Shown: positions 1-13,230, counted from the stretch's first letter. The stretch is 64,000 nt of DNA from Octopus vulgaris (GCA_951406725.2 OX597827.1:66588001-66652000), one strand, 5' to 3'. The notes: generated by a model not told the origin, from the letters alone. Made by a program: numbers and translations.

Positions 1-510
1 ATCTACGGAGACCTTAACTCATAAATCGAATGTAATAAAAATAACTGTAGCTAGAAGGGAAAAGAGAAACATAAATACCCAGTATAAATTAAGAAATAAA
101 AACATATATAGGCAAAATATAAATATGAATATACATACTAATTTATGCTTAAATATATCCACACACTCACACGCACATACACGGACATCATTCGCCTTCG
201 TGCGTATGTCGTGAATATGGATAGGATGTGGTGGCTGGAAGTAAAATACGTGATAGAATGGAGGACAAACAAAGAGTGAAAAGGAAGATAGAAAAGATAG
301 AGAAACAGAAGGAAAAGGAAAACGGGGGAAAAAAAGGCAGACGCACATCTAAACTTTATGTAAAAAAGCCAACCCTGCGAACGCACACATAAATATACAT
401 ACATATTCACTAAAGCAAATATATATATACAATAATAACACACATGTAAACACACATACATGTACACATATAAGCATATATATATATATATATATATACA
501 TATATGTTTA

Positions 511-1250
511 TATCACCTTGATCAACTTGACCGACCAGTCCGTTGGGCGTCAATTTGACACCGCTGGTCACAGCACACTGTCCACTCCTCTCTGGATCGC
601 GCCTTCCTCATCCGCGTGGTCCCAAGCGCCGTCCTAAAATTATAACTCCACCGTCGTGGAGGCCTTCCGAGTGGTCGTTACCGCTCGCACGGGTACCACT
701 CGAAAACTGCGCGGGTCCACCAATTATCGGTGAGCCGGGCAACGTGTCCAGCCCATCTAAACTTGCTGCGTGTATATTCTACGATGACATCATTCAAGCC
801 GGGCATCTGTCTGATGACTTCGCTACTGATGTGCTCTCTCAAGTATATTCCAAGCATTGGCCACTCCATGGTTCTTTGAGACGTTATCAATCTTTGCTCT
901 TCTCTCTTTGTTGTAGCCCATGTTTCACTACCATATAACATTGCAGGTAGAACTATGCTATTGATGAGGTTGGCATGGGTCGTCCTGTCCAACCTTCCCT
1001 TAAGCACATCCCTTATGTCATTAAACGCCTTCCATCCAGCACTTACTCTCTGAGAGATCTCCTTTTCGATGTCTCGGCACATATTCACTTCCTCTCCTAG
1101 GTCGACATATTCCTTTACCTCCTATATTTCATCACTGCCGACCACCATTCCACCTGTTGGTACGTTGTCGGACCGCATGAATTTCGTTTTCATGCGGTTC
1201 ATCTTGAGACCTACTGCAGAGCTTTTGATGTCGAGCTGATCCGTGCTTTC
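511..1250 (-). mobile_element. 5'-truncated RTE-clade LINE, ORF2 C-terminal (end of RT/thumb region) pseudogene plus 3' tail
   Basis: Translation GLKMNRMKTKFM...(stop)EVKEYVDLG...KEISQRVSAGWKAF...SIVLPAMLYGSETW...KFRWAGHVAR...WYP(stop)RPLGRPPRRW matches typical RTE ORF2 motifs (GLxxNxxKTK, LYGxETW, RWAGHVxR, GRPxxRW); in-frame stops; 3' end abuts a TA-rich microsatellite. Confidence 0.9.
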
Positions 1251-1529
1251 AGTGATGATTACGTTGTGCAACTGTTCAGGGAAGAAAATTCCGGATGCAC
1301 CAGAAGAAATAAAGATTGACTTTTTTCTATTCCAAAGATAAACGATTTTATTCACACAAATATGAAGCCAAATTGTTTAAAGTTCTTGTAATGATAAGGC
1401 TGTTGAATAGGAGAACACAAACACGGTTTAAACAGTAAGCTTGGCAGGAATGAAACCTGCCTCAAAGCACTACAAAAACAAAAAAAAATGGAAGGTGCAC
1501 TTATGTACAGGTTGACGGAAGAAAAGCAG

Positions 1530-1685
1530 GGCAAAACGGCCTTATCGATCGCATTCTCACCTGGAATCGATTTTTGTAATTTTCTCAAGACTTATACACG
1601 CTCTGATACCGTCGGTATGTATATATCAAATTTCAGCGCAATCGGATGGAGGATGACCGAGAGTGGACACACACAGAAGGGATTT

Positions 1686-1695
<10 letters not shown>
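1530..1695 (-). mobile_element. Non-autonomous Helitron-like repeat, 5' portion (same family as 17281-17470)
   Basis: Reverse complement aligns by eye with 17281-17470 (TATTATATAAAAT...CTCCATCCGATTGC..AAATTTGATAT..ATACCGACGGTAT...GGTGAGAATGCGAT); TATATAAAA start and CCGATT..AAATTTG motif resemble Helitron-type non-autonomous repeats. Confidence 0.5.
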
Positions 1696-1752
<57 letters not shown>

Positions 1753-1757
1753 TAGAG

Positions 1758-1842
<85 letters not shown>
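1692..1842. repeat. (TA)n-(GA)-(TAGA)n compound microsatellite
   Basis: Directly visible. Confidence 0.97.
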
Positions 1843-2159
1843 TAAATAAATATGCTGAACTGTTACACATGGCAACGCACTTGCATACATAAAACAACAT
1901 ACATGTATGCATAGGTGAGCATGTACGTAACTATCTGCTGCACTACAGGTTATATGTGCTCAATCATGTTATATAATTTCCATACGGTTTAACAATAAAA
2001 ATATATATATGTCTTTGTGGTCATTGCGTATGTATGTATGTTTGTGTTATTCTATGTGTGTACGTATATGTGTTCATGCGTTTGCGTGTCTATGCTTGTG
2101 AGTGTATACGTGCGCGTCCGTATGTCTCTATATTTATGCATGTTGTGTGCATATGCACA

Positions 2160-2172
2160 CATATATGTATAT

Positions 2173-2221
<49 letters not shown>

Positions 2222-2382
2222 TATATATATACACACATATATATACAGGAACATTTATATGTAAATATATATATATATATATTCATAAATATATCTATAT
2301 ATATATGTGTGTATTTCTATACATATATTTACATATGCGTATATACGGCCACACACATTCATATATATGTATACAGGGATAC

Positions 2383-2478
<96 letters not shown>

Positions 2479-2488
2479 CCAGATATAC

Positions 2489-2539
<51 letters not shown>

Positions 2540-2540
2540 T
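2160..2540. repeat. Interrupted (TA)n microsatellite field
   Basis: Directly visible; source of the YI-repeat ORFs. Confidence 0.95.
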
Positions 2541-3102
2541 AAAACACACGATTTGACCGCGCACTTAAACCAATTTGACACCATGAGTATGTTTGTGAAT
2601 GTATATATACTTTTCTCCTTGTGTTAGCTTTCTTCTCCAATATGAACGGAACGTGTTTTCACCGGAAACTAGATAATTGTGTACATTGCGCACTTCCGAC
2701 AGAATGAATAAGAACATGTCAATCCAGACTTAATATCTTCAATATAATCATGGTACTGATTATTACATTGTCGGCGAAGGGATTTCGAATTACACGCTGA
2801 ACTGCACACGGTTACAGATTGATCGAAATTGCGAGTAATGGAAGTTAGAATATGCATTCATGTTATATTATGCATACCTGCACACGTGTATTAGCGTTCA
2901 ATGTTTTACATGATTCAAGTTGTAATAAGAAAAGAGAGGAAGGCTCAATGTAATGTGTCAGTGTTTTGATGTGAGAATATGTACACACACATATATACAT
3001 GTATATATATATGCATATATTATACACACATATGTATGTATGTATGCATTTAACTATCTGCTTCTCACTCTCAACATATATATATAAAAGAAAGAAATGC
3101 CG

Positions 3103-3178
3103 GATTTTAAAGCGTAGCCAGGTACATGGATCCGGTTTCCCGGTTTTAATGGCGTATGTGGTCCCCAGCTGGACGGGA
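3103..3178 (-). mobile_element. SINE family A, 3' tail fragment
   Basis: Matches 10335-10410 (TAGCCAGG..CCGGTTTCCCGGTTTTAATGGCG..CCCCAGCTGGACGGGA). Confidence 0.8.
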
Positions 3179-3184
3179 TAAAAC

Positions 3185-3866
3185 TGCTGCCTTAGATATT
3201 CTTACTGATAAATAGTAAGAGAAGCTTCTCAATGGCAAACACCAGAAGAGAGTTAATAGCGCCGATGTTGACAAAGCACTCACACAGTGTTTTCTGCTTA
3301 AAATCAGAAACAGAAGGGTTTATCATAGCAACTCAAGATCATTGCCTACCTACAAGAAACATTAAATAACGGCAGATGACCAGCATGATAAACACAGGTG
3401 GAAACACAAACCACATCCAGTGCTTGAAATGATCACATCTCTCTTCGCTGGGACTTCACCATTCAAACTGACAGAAAGATAGACGTGAATCGACCAGACA
3501 TTGTAGACTAAAACAATACCTGCTTCCATAGTTGCCCTTGGAATGATAGCAGAAGGGACTAATTGCTACCTAGCTCAGATATCAGGAAACCAACAGATAA
3601 TGCTAATAGGAACTGCCCATATCCTACATAAAATATTGTCTATGTAATCTAAAATTTTAAAACAGTCTCATAATGTTCTTATGTTTTCTTAAACATTCTC
3701 TAGAACAATACTATGTACAAAACCAAATATATAACAGCCTAGTCATAGCAGCAACAATAAATCCTAAGGTCAAACATAATAATAGTATGTTACGTACATT
3801 ATTTTGTCTTGGTATAAAAGACGGGCTACAGCACATATTCTGCTCAATCTACAGATTTGCTTGTCA

Positions 3867-3867
<1 letters not shown>
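3185..3867 (+). mobile_element. R4/Dong-clade LINE 3' relic (degenerate, internally deleted) with 3' UTR
   Basis: Translation pieces KRVNSADVDKALT...LKSETEGFIIATQDHCLPTRN and terminal QIMLIGTAHILHKILSM* resemble the R4/Dong C-terminus (ETEGFxxAxQDQ; LLGTAHILRKVL); ends directly in (TAA)27. Confidence 0.75.

Positions 3868-3948
<81 letters not shown>
3868..3948. repeat. (TAA)27 microsatellite
   Basis: 81 nt of perfect TAA. Confidence 0.98.
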
Positions 3949-3950
<2 letters not shown>

Positions 3951-3994
3951 CCCATATCACGAATGAAAACCCTAGACGTTTCCAAAACCACAAT

Positions 3995-4310
3995 AAGTTG
4001 CGGCGATAAGACCAGGTTGCCAAAGTGCTACATTAGAAACTGTGAAAAGCGGGGGCTAGATGGACGCAAGACGTGGTATGATCACAAACCGCAGTGATTG
4101 ATAGAATCGGAGACTAGCAAAATCCCCTGGAATTTCCCAATCCAAACAGATCAGGTCATAAAGCATACCAAACCTGACCTAGTGGTGGTGAACAAGGTGC
4201 ACCACACATGCTATATAGTTGATGTTGATGCGCATTTGACCGACGAATATTCAAGAAGGAAGACAAAAAGATAGAGAGATACAAACCTCTTAAGTATGAA
4301 ATACCATAGG
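3995..4310 (+). mobile_element. Second R4/Dong-clade LINE fragment, restriction-like endonuclease domain
   Basis: DQVAKVLH...KTWYDHKPQ*LIESETSKIPWNFPIQTDQVIKHTKPDLVVVNKVHHTCYIVDV...KKEDKKIERYKPLKYEI contains the PD-x-D...K..RY RLE catalytic pattern; frameshifts and stops. Confidence 0.85.
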
Positions 4311-6784
4311 CTGCAGGTAGTAAGCTCGCTACGCATGCAAAATCCCTGAAGATGAAAGGGCAACGTTGATTGTGATAGGTTTGAGATGCAATTTTGACAG
4401 AGTAAATACCGCAAATTGTATTCGTCTGATGATCTAATGATTATGTTAGCTTATTGCCTTTATTTTATCCATATTTAATATAGAAACAGTGATAAAACAA
4501 CGTAATTTATGATAAATAATTTCTCATGTAGTTGGTGAGAAGGAGAAACTTTCGGAAACCAAATTAAAACTTCCAACTGTTCTGTTAGAACAAGATATCT
4601 TTCTATAATTTAATAAATTTTGCTACATGGATTGGTATGTTTCACTGAGACTGGTCCCTGTCAACGCGTATTTGTAACGTATGTGTAGTTACATCTAATG
4701 TCAACTGAATCTGCGAAGCTAATCTATAAAATTTTATTTCTAAAACCAACACACGCAACACATCTATTTCCCTAATTCACATATCCTAAGCTAGGGCCAT
4801 CCAGATCTCTGTATTTCTTGCGCTGAATATCTAAACAATTATCTCTTTATTAGTGATAATTTTGATTTAGATTGTTGTAATCTCCAATGAACAATGGTTG
4901 ATAGGCTTGTGTGTGATAACAGTTGTGTAGTATTCAGAGATAAACGCAACCTAAACCTAAATGTATTTATCTTTGTTTTATCCTGGTTTACAATAAAAGA
5001 AAATAAGTTACAACGTGTTAGCAAAGGTTAAGAACGATATGCAAAGTGTTATGCGTTGAGTTCTGACATCATTCGTGTCATTCTATTCTATCTGGTATCG
5101 GTACGTTTAATGTCTAACAGCAATCATAATTTTACATGCAGTAATCTACTTGATAATTGGCCAGAAAAACGTAGTCTCTTTTCCCAATATTGGAATGCCT
5201 ATCACAGGAATAAGGACGTCTGTAAACTAAGTGGAATTCAAATCGCTGTTACTTGATTTCTCTTTGTTCACCATCAGAGGTCACTAATCACCGAAAATGT
5301 GCCGGTCATGTATATTATGTCGTATTTGCATTCAAAATATATCTAGTGTTTCATTGCCATTCAGATTACTCTTTGTCTTATAATGCGTGAATATTGAAAT
5401 TAGAGGGCGGTTTGGCTGAAGCTTTTAGCAAGTTGAGTAATTACAAAGTCGGGTGTTGCTATTTACTGCAATGTTGTTATGTTTATTACTATAGCTGGTG
5501 TTGGCATGTTATGGCAGTGATAGTGGCGTTATTCCGCAATACATAGTGCATAGGCAAATGCCATGAGAACCAAAGTGCGTTAAGATCAATATTTTTGTTA
5601 CCTGCCTGTTTGTTCATAAATTGTAAATCTCGGAAAACCTTGAGGGAACATGCCTTACTTTTAGATAAATATATTTGCCAATTGTAGGATATGGGACGCT
5701 GAAGATATCGTAGAGATCGTACAAAATCTCTGGTTTACATCCTATAAATAATTCTTCGTGTTGTGCTAAGATAAGCACTTGATATTGTTTACGTTTTGGT
5801 CAACCGTGCTCAGACGTTTTACCAAAAACATTTCATCAATATATTGATTGTTCTTTGGTTTTAGATATTGCACTTGTTATATGTTAAATGGCGTTATTAT
5901 CTTTTTGTCGTAAGTGTACATTCAGTCAGAGATAAGACTATTTCTTAAAAGTTGAGCAACGATGTTGAGAGTCCATCATTGCGATGTTTCTTTGCAGGTT
6001 TTACGTCTGTGAAAATTTATAAACAATTTGGTGTTCTTAAGCCGTTCGATTATAATAAATCAGTTGGGATTTCGTGTTTGTGAAATTTAACAGAGTGTCT
6101 TGCTGAAAATAGTGGACGAAGGGTATAAAGCAATCATTTAAAACAAGTTCATCTCACATAAATGTGATGATTTTTCGTTTGGCAATTTGCCAAATTTATG
6201 TCAAAGTGAAATACGTCTTGCGTATTTCATCTGAAATTTGAGGTTGTTACTGGTGTCGAAAAACATTTCAAAATATTTGATGGTGTTTATCTTGATCGGT
6301 CTATTATTAGCTTAATACCATTTCAGTAGTGTAAGAATTATAGGTACTAATATACGGGAATAATAATACTTTACAGTGTCCGAGAATCTTGAAGACAATG
6401 ACGTCCAAAACAGAGATAAAATGTTAGCGCGTGGGATTACAATTTAGAAGAGCATTAATACGTGTATCTATAAACGAAACAGTATGCAAAGCAACCACCA
6501 TCGTAAAACAAATGTCAATCAACAAGGGGTAAAATTAAACTCAAAGAAAAACACGTAAACGATTATAGGAACCCATGGAGTATTACAGGTGCAAGTTCAA
6601 AGAAATTATTAAATCTGGTATAGAGGAAAGCACGCCAAAACAAGCAATCACTGGCAGAAAGCAGCTCTAGGTGTTATGAAGAACGAATTTGTACGTGGTC
6701 TGTTTTTGAGAGCTATTTTATTGGACCTCTGTGTAATTAATCTGGCGTGCTAAACTTAGTTTTAATGATTCAGCATTAAGTGCT

Positions 6785-7010
6785 GCAGCATGACTTTTCT
6801 GATCTTGAGAAAGTGTCATCTCCCTTCTGACTTGGGACTCCATCAGACATGCTCCTGCATGCTTTTGATGAAGTTGAGAAATTATCCACCCTCTTCTCGC
6901 TTAAGACTGTATTCTACGGGTTGCAACATGCGTTTGGTGATCTTTGGAAAGTGTCATGTCCTTTCTGCATTGAAACTCCACCTGATGTGCTGTAGTATGC
7001 CTTTGCTAAT
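6785..7010. repeat. Diverged 69-bp tandem repeat (about 3.3 units)
   Basis: Anchor (C/T)ATG at 6789, 6858, 6927, 6996; GAAAGTGTCAT recurs in units 1 and 3. Confidence 0.75.
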
Positions 7011-7050
7011 TGTGAGGACGATGCTCTAACGAACGAACTATGTGTCTTAA

Positions 7051-7051
<1 letters not shown>

Positions 7052-7098
<47 letters not shown>

Positions 7099-7250
7099 CT
7101 ATCTATCTATCTATCTTTCTTTCTCTCTCTCTCACTAAATCCCTCCCTCCCTCCCAGTCTCTCTCTCCCTATCTATCTATCTATTTATCTATCTATCTAT
7201 CTTACTTTCTTTCTTTCTCCCCTTACTCCCTCCCAGTCTCTCTCTCCCTC

Positions 7251-7288
<38 letters not shown>

Positions 7289-7314
7289 CATCTGTATGTC
7301 CATTTATCTGTCTG

Positions 7315-7360
<46 letters not shown>

Positions 7361-7398
7361 CATCTGTCTGTCCATTTATCTGTCTATGTATCTATATA
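7052..7398. repeat. (TC)/(TA)/(TATC)n compound microsatellite
   Basis: Directly visible. Confidence 0.95.
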
Positions 7399-7671
7399 AA
7401 CACAAAATTACACCTTCATGTGTAATTGAGCAGTTTGTCGGATGATGGTATTACACTCCGCTGGGTACTATGTGTTTCCTCGAATTGTTTTAGCTTTCTA
7501 TTACTTGTAATTCGTTGTCTATATGAGGAGGCCAACATTCTCCCTTAGAGAAACGGAATACCATGGAAAGATTTCCCATCGACAGCTGGGTGAACTGGAA
7601 CAAAGAGAAATGAAGTGTTTTGTTCACGAACACGGCACCTGGCTGGAATGCGAAGCCTTAATTGCATCCAA

Positions 7672-7909
7672 TAATTAACAATTTTCGTCAGGGAACATAG
7701 ATACCCAAAAATAAATTTAGAAAAAATACTTGCCGTCTAATATACTTTTCTAATTATGCATGCAGTTTTCATTAGCCACTCAGCACCCAGTAATTAACCA
7801 TTTCCCTCAGGAAACATAGGTACCCAAAAATAAATTTAGAAAAAATTCTTGCCATCTAACATACTTTTCTAATTGTACATGCAGTTTTTATTAGCCGCTC
7901 AGCACGTAA
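7672..7909 (+). repeat. Tandem duplication, 119-bp unit x2
   Basis: TAATTAAC..TACCCAAAAATAAATTTAGAAAAAAT...ATTAGCC.CTCAGCAC at 7672 and 7791. Confidence 0.9.
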
Positions 7910-8886
7910 CGTGGCCTTTGTTTTCACATGTAAGTGTTGGGACACACTTATAATGAGACACAACATGCTAAACATTTTATATACAGAAAATTCGATATCT
8001 GCGCGGATTACATTATTCGCTTTCTCCTATTAACTTATACAATATCATGGTTATTTTAACAGAAGTTTGAAATACTCTTTGATAAAATACTGAATATTTG
8101 CCATGAGATTTTAGTGGAAAATTTTGCATTACAAGCGATAAATTTTCTCTTTGATTCCCATTATGTTAATTACGTTACAAATTTCCTCATATTGTGTAAA
8201 AAAATATAAAACAGAACAAATACTTAAAACGTTTGAAGAAGCAATGAAATTATATAAGAAAGCAATGTTTATCACCTATTCTCATACGCTTTTCTGTCGT
8301 TATTATACGACTTTCAATTTAAAAGAACACAAGCTCTAAAGAAGTTACGAACAAATTACTTTTTTCTGAGAATTGTCTATTGAAAAACTATTGTGAAATG
8401 AGTGTATTTATTTCTCAAAGATTTAAGCGGAAAACTTATATGGCTGTTTGTCTTCAGCTTTACGCTATTAAATCGTCTTAGAAGTACGTACATATTTACG
8501 TACGCGTATGTACTACCTCCCATACATACACGCATTCATACATACATACATACATACATACATACATACATACATACATACATACATGCATAGAAATATA
8601 CACACATACTCACATGCATACAAATATACATACACACATAGGAACCTACACACATACACACAAACACCCGCGTATATGTACGTGAATATAACCAAATATA
8701 TAAGGATGCGTATACAAAACACAAAATTACATCTACGTATGCACACACGCATCTATTTTTAAATATAAATACATAAGCACGCGTATTCATGTATTATACA
8801 TAAAACGGAAAAACTTACAAACACGGAAACACGCTATCATTTTCTATCATATTCACATACGCGCAGAATGCTCTTGTACGTATATA

Positions 8887-9445
8887 CAGGATATCTGAGC
8901 TAGCTTTGCCGTTATTTTATAAATATTTTTTCAGAAGTGCTTCCTGTGTTGGGGAACAGTTAACGGCGTTGGAGGGCATAAACTTTAAAGTTGTAGTTTA
9001 GAAAAAGTTTGCTGAATATTAGAATGTGTTACCTGTCATGATCTTTCACGCTGCGTATCGTGATTGGTGCTCAGTTCCCTGTCAAAACTGTAAAGGCTGT
9101 AAGATATGACATGGACAGCTGCAATGGGGTCAAGGAACCCGTGGCCAGCAGGAAGGGATACACCTCATCTGACTGCGTGCGCACACAGGGTTTATCCAGG
9201 AAAGAAGGACGGGGCTTTTTGACCAAGGTCAAGGAAGTGTTCGCAGTTCTTCCTGGGAGCACAATGAGGGACGCATGCACCAAGTTCTAGAGCTCTCTTG
9301 TGGCCGTGCTTGAAACCGAGAGCAACTGTTTTGAATAAACAGTTATCACCCAGCCATAGTGAAGTAAATATATTTAAAATTTTTTTAAATAGTTTTATTT
9401 TGGGATACAATTTCTTTTATGCAAACAGTCAAATTTAGCTCAAAT
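8887..9445 (+). mobile_element. Internally deleted Tc1/mariner-superfamily DNA transposon
   Basis: TA|CAGG start; degenerate TIR (TGAGCTA..TTTG.CGTT vs AAACAGTCAAATTTAGCTCA); translation ends KVKEVFAVLPGSTMRDACTKF*SSLVAVLETESNCFE*, like the IS630/Tc1/mariner transposase C-terminus (..ACxxFRxRLEAVxEAEGxxFE). Confidence 0.7.
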
Positions 9446-9728
9446 CGGAATGCTTATGTAGGCGAAAAGTAATTTAAATATCTTAAATATGATATCTAAA
9501 ATTTGACCTACATGTATGCTACATAACTTAATAAAGTGAGTCAAATAATATTTTTATATATCTAAAATTACGATGATAAAATGATGTGAGATATCTTTAA
9601 TGAAATTTAGATCAGAGGGAAAACGTACAGAGCTGGTGTGCATTTCAAAATAACAAATATTAATTTCAACAGAAGTAAACGTATCAGGTATTTGAAGCTA
9701 TCTTGACAACTATTTTTATCTTTCATCT

Positions 9729-10024
<296 letters not shown>

Positions 10025-10036
10025 TACGAGAGGCAT

Positions 10037-10185
10037 CGTTCGGTTTCCGTTTACCATATCCATTAACAAATATTCGGACGGCCCGAGGCTATAGTAAAAG
10101 AGACTTCCCATAGACGCCACATAGTAGCACTGAACCCGGAACCATGTGGCTGGGAACCAAGCTTTTCATCACACATCCACTCCTA
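10037..10185 (-). mobile_element. SINE family B, head half (diverged)
   Basis: Reverse complement matches B head (CCACATGGTTCCGGGTTCAGT...ACTATAGCCTCGGGCCG...ACGGAAAC). Confidence 0.85.
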
Positions 10186-10212
10186 TACGTGCATACATAC
10201 ACACACACACAC

Positions 10213-10243
<31 letters not shown>

Positions 10244-10332
10244 CATGTTTACATAAAATACACATACATTCACATGTATATACGTGTATACACATATTTT
10301 CATGTCTAATGCAATAAAAAAATATAAATGCT

Positions 10333-10576
10333 CCCTTTTAAAGCCTAGCCAGGCTCACATGCCCGGTTTCCCGGTTTTAATGGCGCACGTGTTCCCCAGC
10401 TGGACGGGACGCCAGTCCATCGCAGCGTTACTAATTTTCGCCAGCTCAGTGGATTGGGGCAACGTAAAATGAAGTGTTTTGCTCAAGAACACAACGCATC
10501 GCTCGCTCCAGGAATCGAAACCACAATCTTACGATCATGATGCTGACGGCCTAACCACTGAGCCACGTGCCTCCAC
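10333..10576 (-). mobile_element. SINE family A, full length (tRNA-derived head)
   Basis: Minus strand GTGGAGGCACGTGGCTCAGTGGTTAGG (pol III A box) ...GGTTTCGATTCC (B box) ...GCGATGGACTGGCGTCCCGTCCAG...CCTGGCTAGGCTTTAAAAG. Confidence 0.9.
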
Positions 10577-10719
10577 ATCATGTCGTGAAATGCATTACTG
10601 TCTGTGAATGCGCTTGATTGTGCGTGTAGATAGATATGAATATCCGTAGGAGGCATAGGACTGTGGCTATTTATTTATTTCTTCGTGGATTGAGAAAAAA
10701 AATAACATGAACAGTTATA

Positions 10720-11006
10720 GGCGCAGGAGTGGCTGTGTGGTAAGTAGCTTGCTTACCAACCAAATGGTTCCGGGTTCAGTCCCACTGCATTGTACTATGG
10801 GCAAGTGTCTTCTACTATAGCCTCGGGTCGACTAAAGCCGATGCTGGTGTGTTTATGTCCCCGTCACTTAGCGGTTCGGCAAAAGAGACCGATAGAATAA
10901 GTACTGGGCTTACAAAGAATAAGTCCCGGGGTCGAGTTGCTCGACTAAAGGCGGTGCTCCAGCACGGCCGCAGTCAACTGACTGAAACAAGTAAAAGAGT
11001 AAAGAG
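10720..11006 (+). mobile_element. SINE family B with internal deletion (microsatellite module absent)
   Basis: A box TGGCTGTGTGG, B box GGTTCAGTCCC, AAAGCC joined directly to GATGCTGGTGTG, tail GACTGAAACAAGTAAAAGAG. Confidence 0.9.
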
Positions 11007-11869
11007 TTGTAATTGATTTTCAGCACTTTTGTAGATCTCATAACGTGCCTACTTCTGTCGTAAAATCCCAGGTAGCTAAATAGCCAATCTGCTTATATAC
11101 ACACAAAATACAGTATCTTCAGCAAAATGGAGGAACAGATTTTCAATGTATAATATTTTAGTTCATTATATAATGTCAGTTTTCATCCGTCATTTATCGA
11201 GAGTGAAAGCTTTAAGCTTAAAGCGTCTCTGAACTTTATATTACACGGTTTTTCTCATATAATGTGATAGCCGTTAGATAAAACGGGTTGTTAAGGCTGC
11301 CTCGCATATCTAGATAATTACATTTCAATTTTAATTGTCTTTACGAGTTTGTACTTCTGCTTGGATTGATTGTGCCAGTCCAATCTTCTTGTATAAAATA
11401 TTAGAGATTAACATGTGTGAATGATAAACACTGTTGGCGCATGAATTTCTGTTGGGTTTACGCAATCCGTTCGAAATAAGATTGCACAATTCAGAGCAGG
11501 GACATGTTAAGGACATATAAGCGGATATTGGTGTTCATGTTTGTTTATTAGTGTTCGCTTATTACGGGCATACAATGGCATTAGAGATTTCATGAAGTGG
11601 TTGTCTGGTAATTGTACGGCGGTATACATTTGGTATGAAGGGATACGAACATCAAAATCTCAATTGAATAGGAATGGTAGAATGTCAATTTGAACTTCAA
11701 GGAGAAAGTAACGGTTTGCCTTTATACATTAGTATATGCAGATATGTAGCATCATACTAATAAACTAATTTGATTATATTCTTAGAAGCCCTTGTGCACA
11801 CACACTAACGCAGATATACATACATCTATATCAATATCTATATCTACCTCTATCTGTGTCTGTCTGTCT

Positions 11870-11930
<61 letters not shown>

Positions 11931-11932
<2 letters not shown>

Positions 11933-12320
11933 TAGGAGTGGGTGTATGGTAAGTAGCTTACTTACCAACCACATGGTTCCGGGTTCAGTCCCACTGCGTG
12001 GTACCTTTTGCAAGTGTCTTGTACTATAGCCTCAGACTGAGCAAAGTCTTTTTAAGTAGATTTGGTTGACGGAAATTGAAAGAAGCCCGTCGTATATATA
12101 TATATATATATGCGTGTTTGTGTGTCTGTGTGTGTCCCTCCAACATCGCTTGACAACCGATGCTGGTGTGTTTACGTACCCGTAACTTAGCGGTTCAGCG
12201 AAAGAAACCGATAGAATAAGTACTAGGCTTACAAAGAATAAGTCCTGGGGTCGATTTGCTCGACTAAAGGCGGTGCTCCCGCATGGCCACTGTCAAATGA
12301 CTGAAACAAGTAAAAGAGTG
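11931..12320 (+). mobile_element. SINE family B, near full length
   Basis: Head, internal (TA)n(TG)n and tail all present. Confidence 0.92.
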
Positions 12321-12463
12321 TAAGTGCGCGCATGTGTGTGTGTATATATATTCATACCTATATGTATTTATCGATACTAGTAAATTTTTATTCCTGAGCC
12401 TCCAAAGATATTAAGACGTTTTATAAATTTTATTATCTGTGTGCAATTTACTACATTTATAAA

Positions 12464-12547
<84 letters not shown>

Positions 12548-12940
12548 AGCTATTCCCAACAGAATCTGCTTTCAAACACTTTTCTCTGATTAAATATTTT
12601 TCAAACGGACGGCAATGAAATTTTAATTGAAATTCGTAAAACTGTTTACAAATGTGTAAACCGATATTTTGTTTCCGTGTCGCATACATAGATTCTTCAG
12701 CGCCTTCGTATTTCTCATGTGACACGAATTAGGTTTTATGTGGCGATATATTTGTTGGTGATCAGTTCAACAATAACTCTATATCAAACGCAAAAAGTAT
12801 GCTGCACTCGTTAATATATCTGGAGTCATTCATGTTGTTTCGTCAGGGAAATCAAGAAATAGCTCATACATTGTTATATCCTAAGAAGATTCACTCCCAA
12901 ACACAAAATTTCGGACTCACAACACAGCCACTCCCGCGCC

Positions 12941-12997
<57 letters not shown>

Positions 12998-13004
12998 GTA
13001 TGAA

Positions 13005-13230
13005 GGCGGTGAGCTGGCAGAAACGTTAGCACGCCGGGCGAAATGCGTAGCCGTATGTCGTCTGCCGTTACGCTCTGAGTTCAAATTCCGCCGAGGTCGA
13101 CGTTGCCTTACATCCTTTCGCTGTCGATAAATAAAGTACCAGTTACACACTGGGGTCGATGTAATCGACTTAATCCGTTTGTCTGTCCTTCTTTGTCCCC
13201 TCTATGTTTAGCCCCTTGTGGGCAGTAAAG

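Noticed and set aside
543-938. 131-aa plus-strand ORF
   Set aside because: Antisense shadow of the RTE ORF2 relic
4440-6780. Long non-repetitive stretch that might hide a decayed ORF
   Set aside because: The frame I translated had many stops and no recognisable motif; needs BLASTX
6790-7029. Leucine-rich-repeat-like look of the plus ORF (MTFLILRKCHLPSDLGL)
   Set aside because: Only the first unit resembles an LRR; not called a CDS, kept as a repeat finding
10500-10800. tRNA-like A/B boxes
   Set aside because: They are SINE heads with no complete cloverleaf; not called tRNA genes
12665-12705. Minus-strand CTGAAGA...GAAA motif
   Set aside because: No stem I or stem II complementarity
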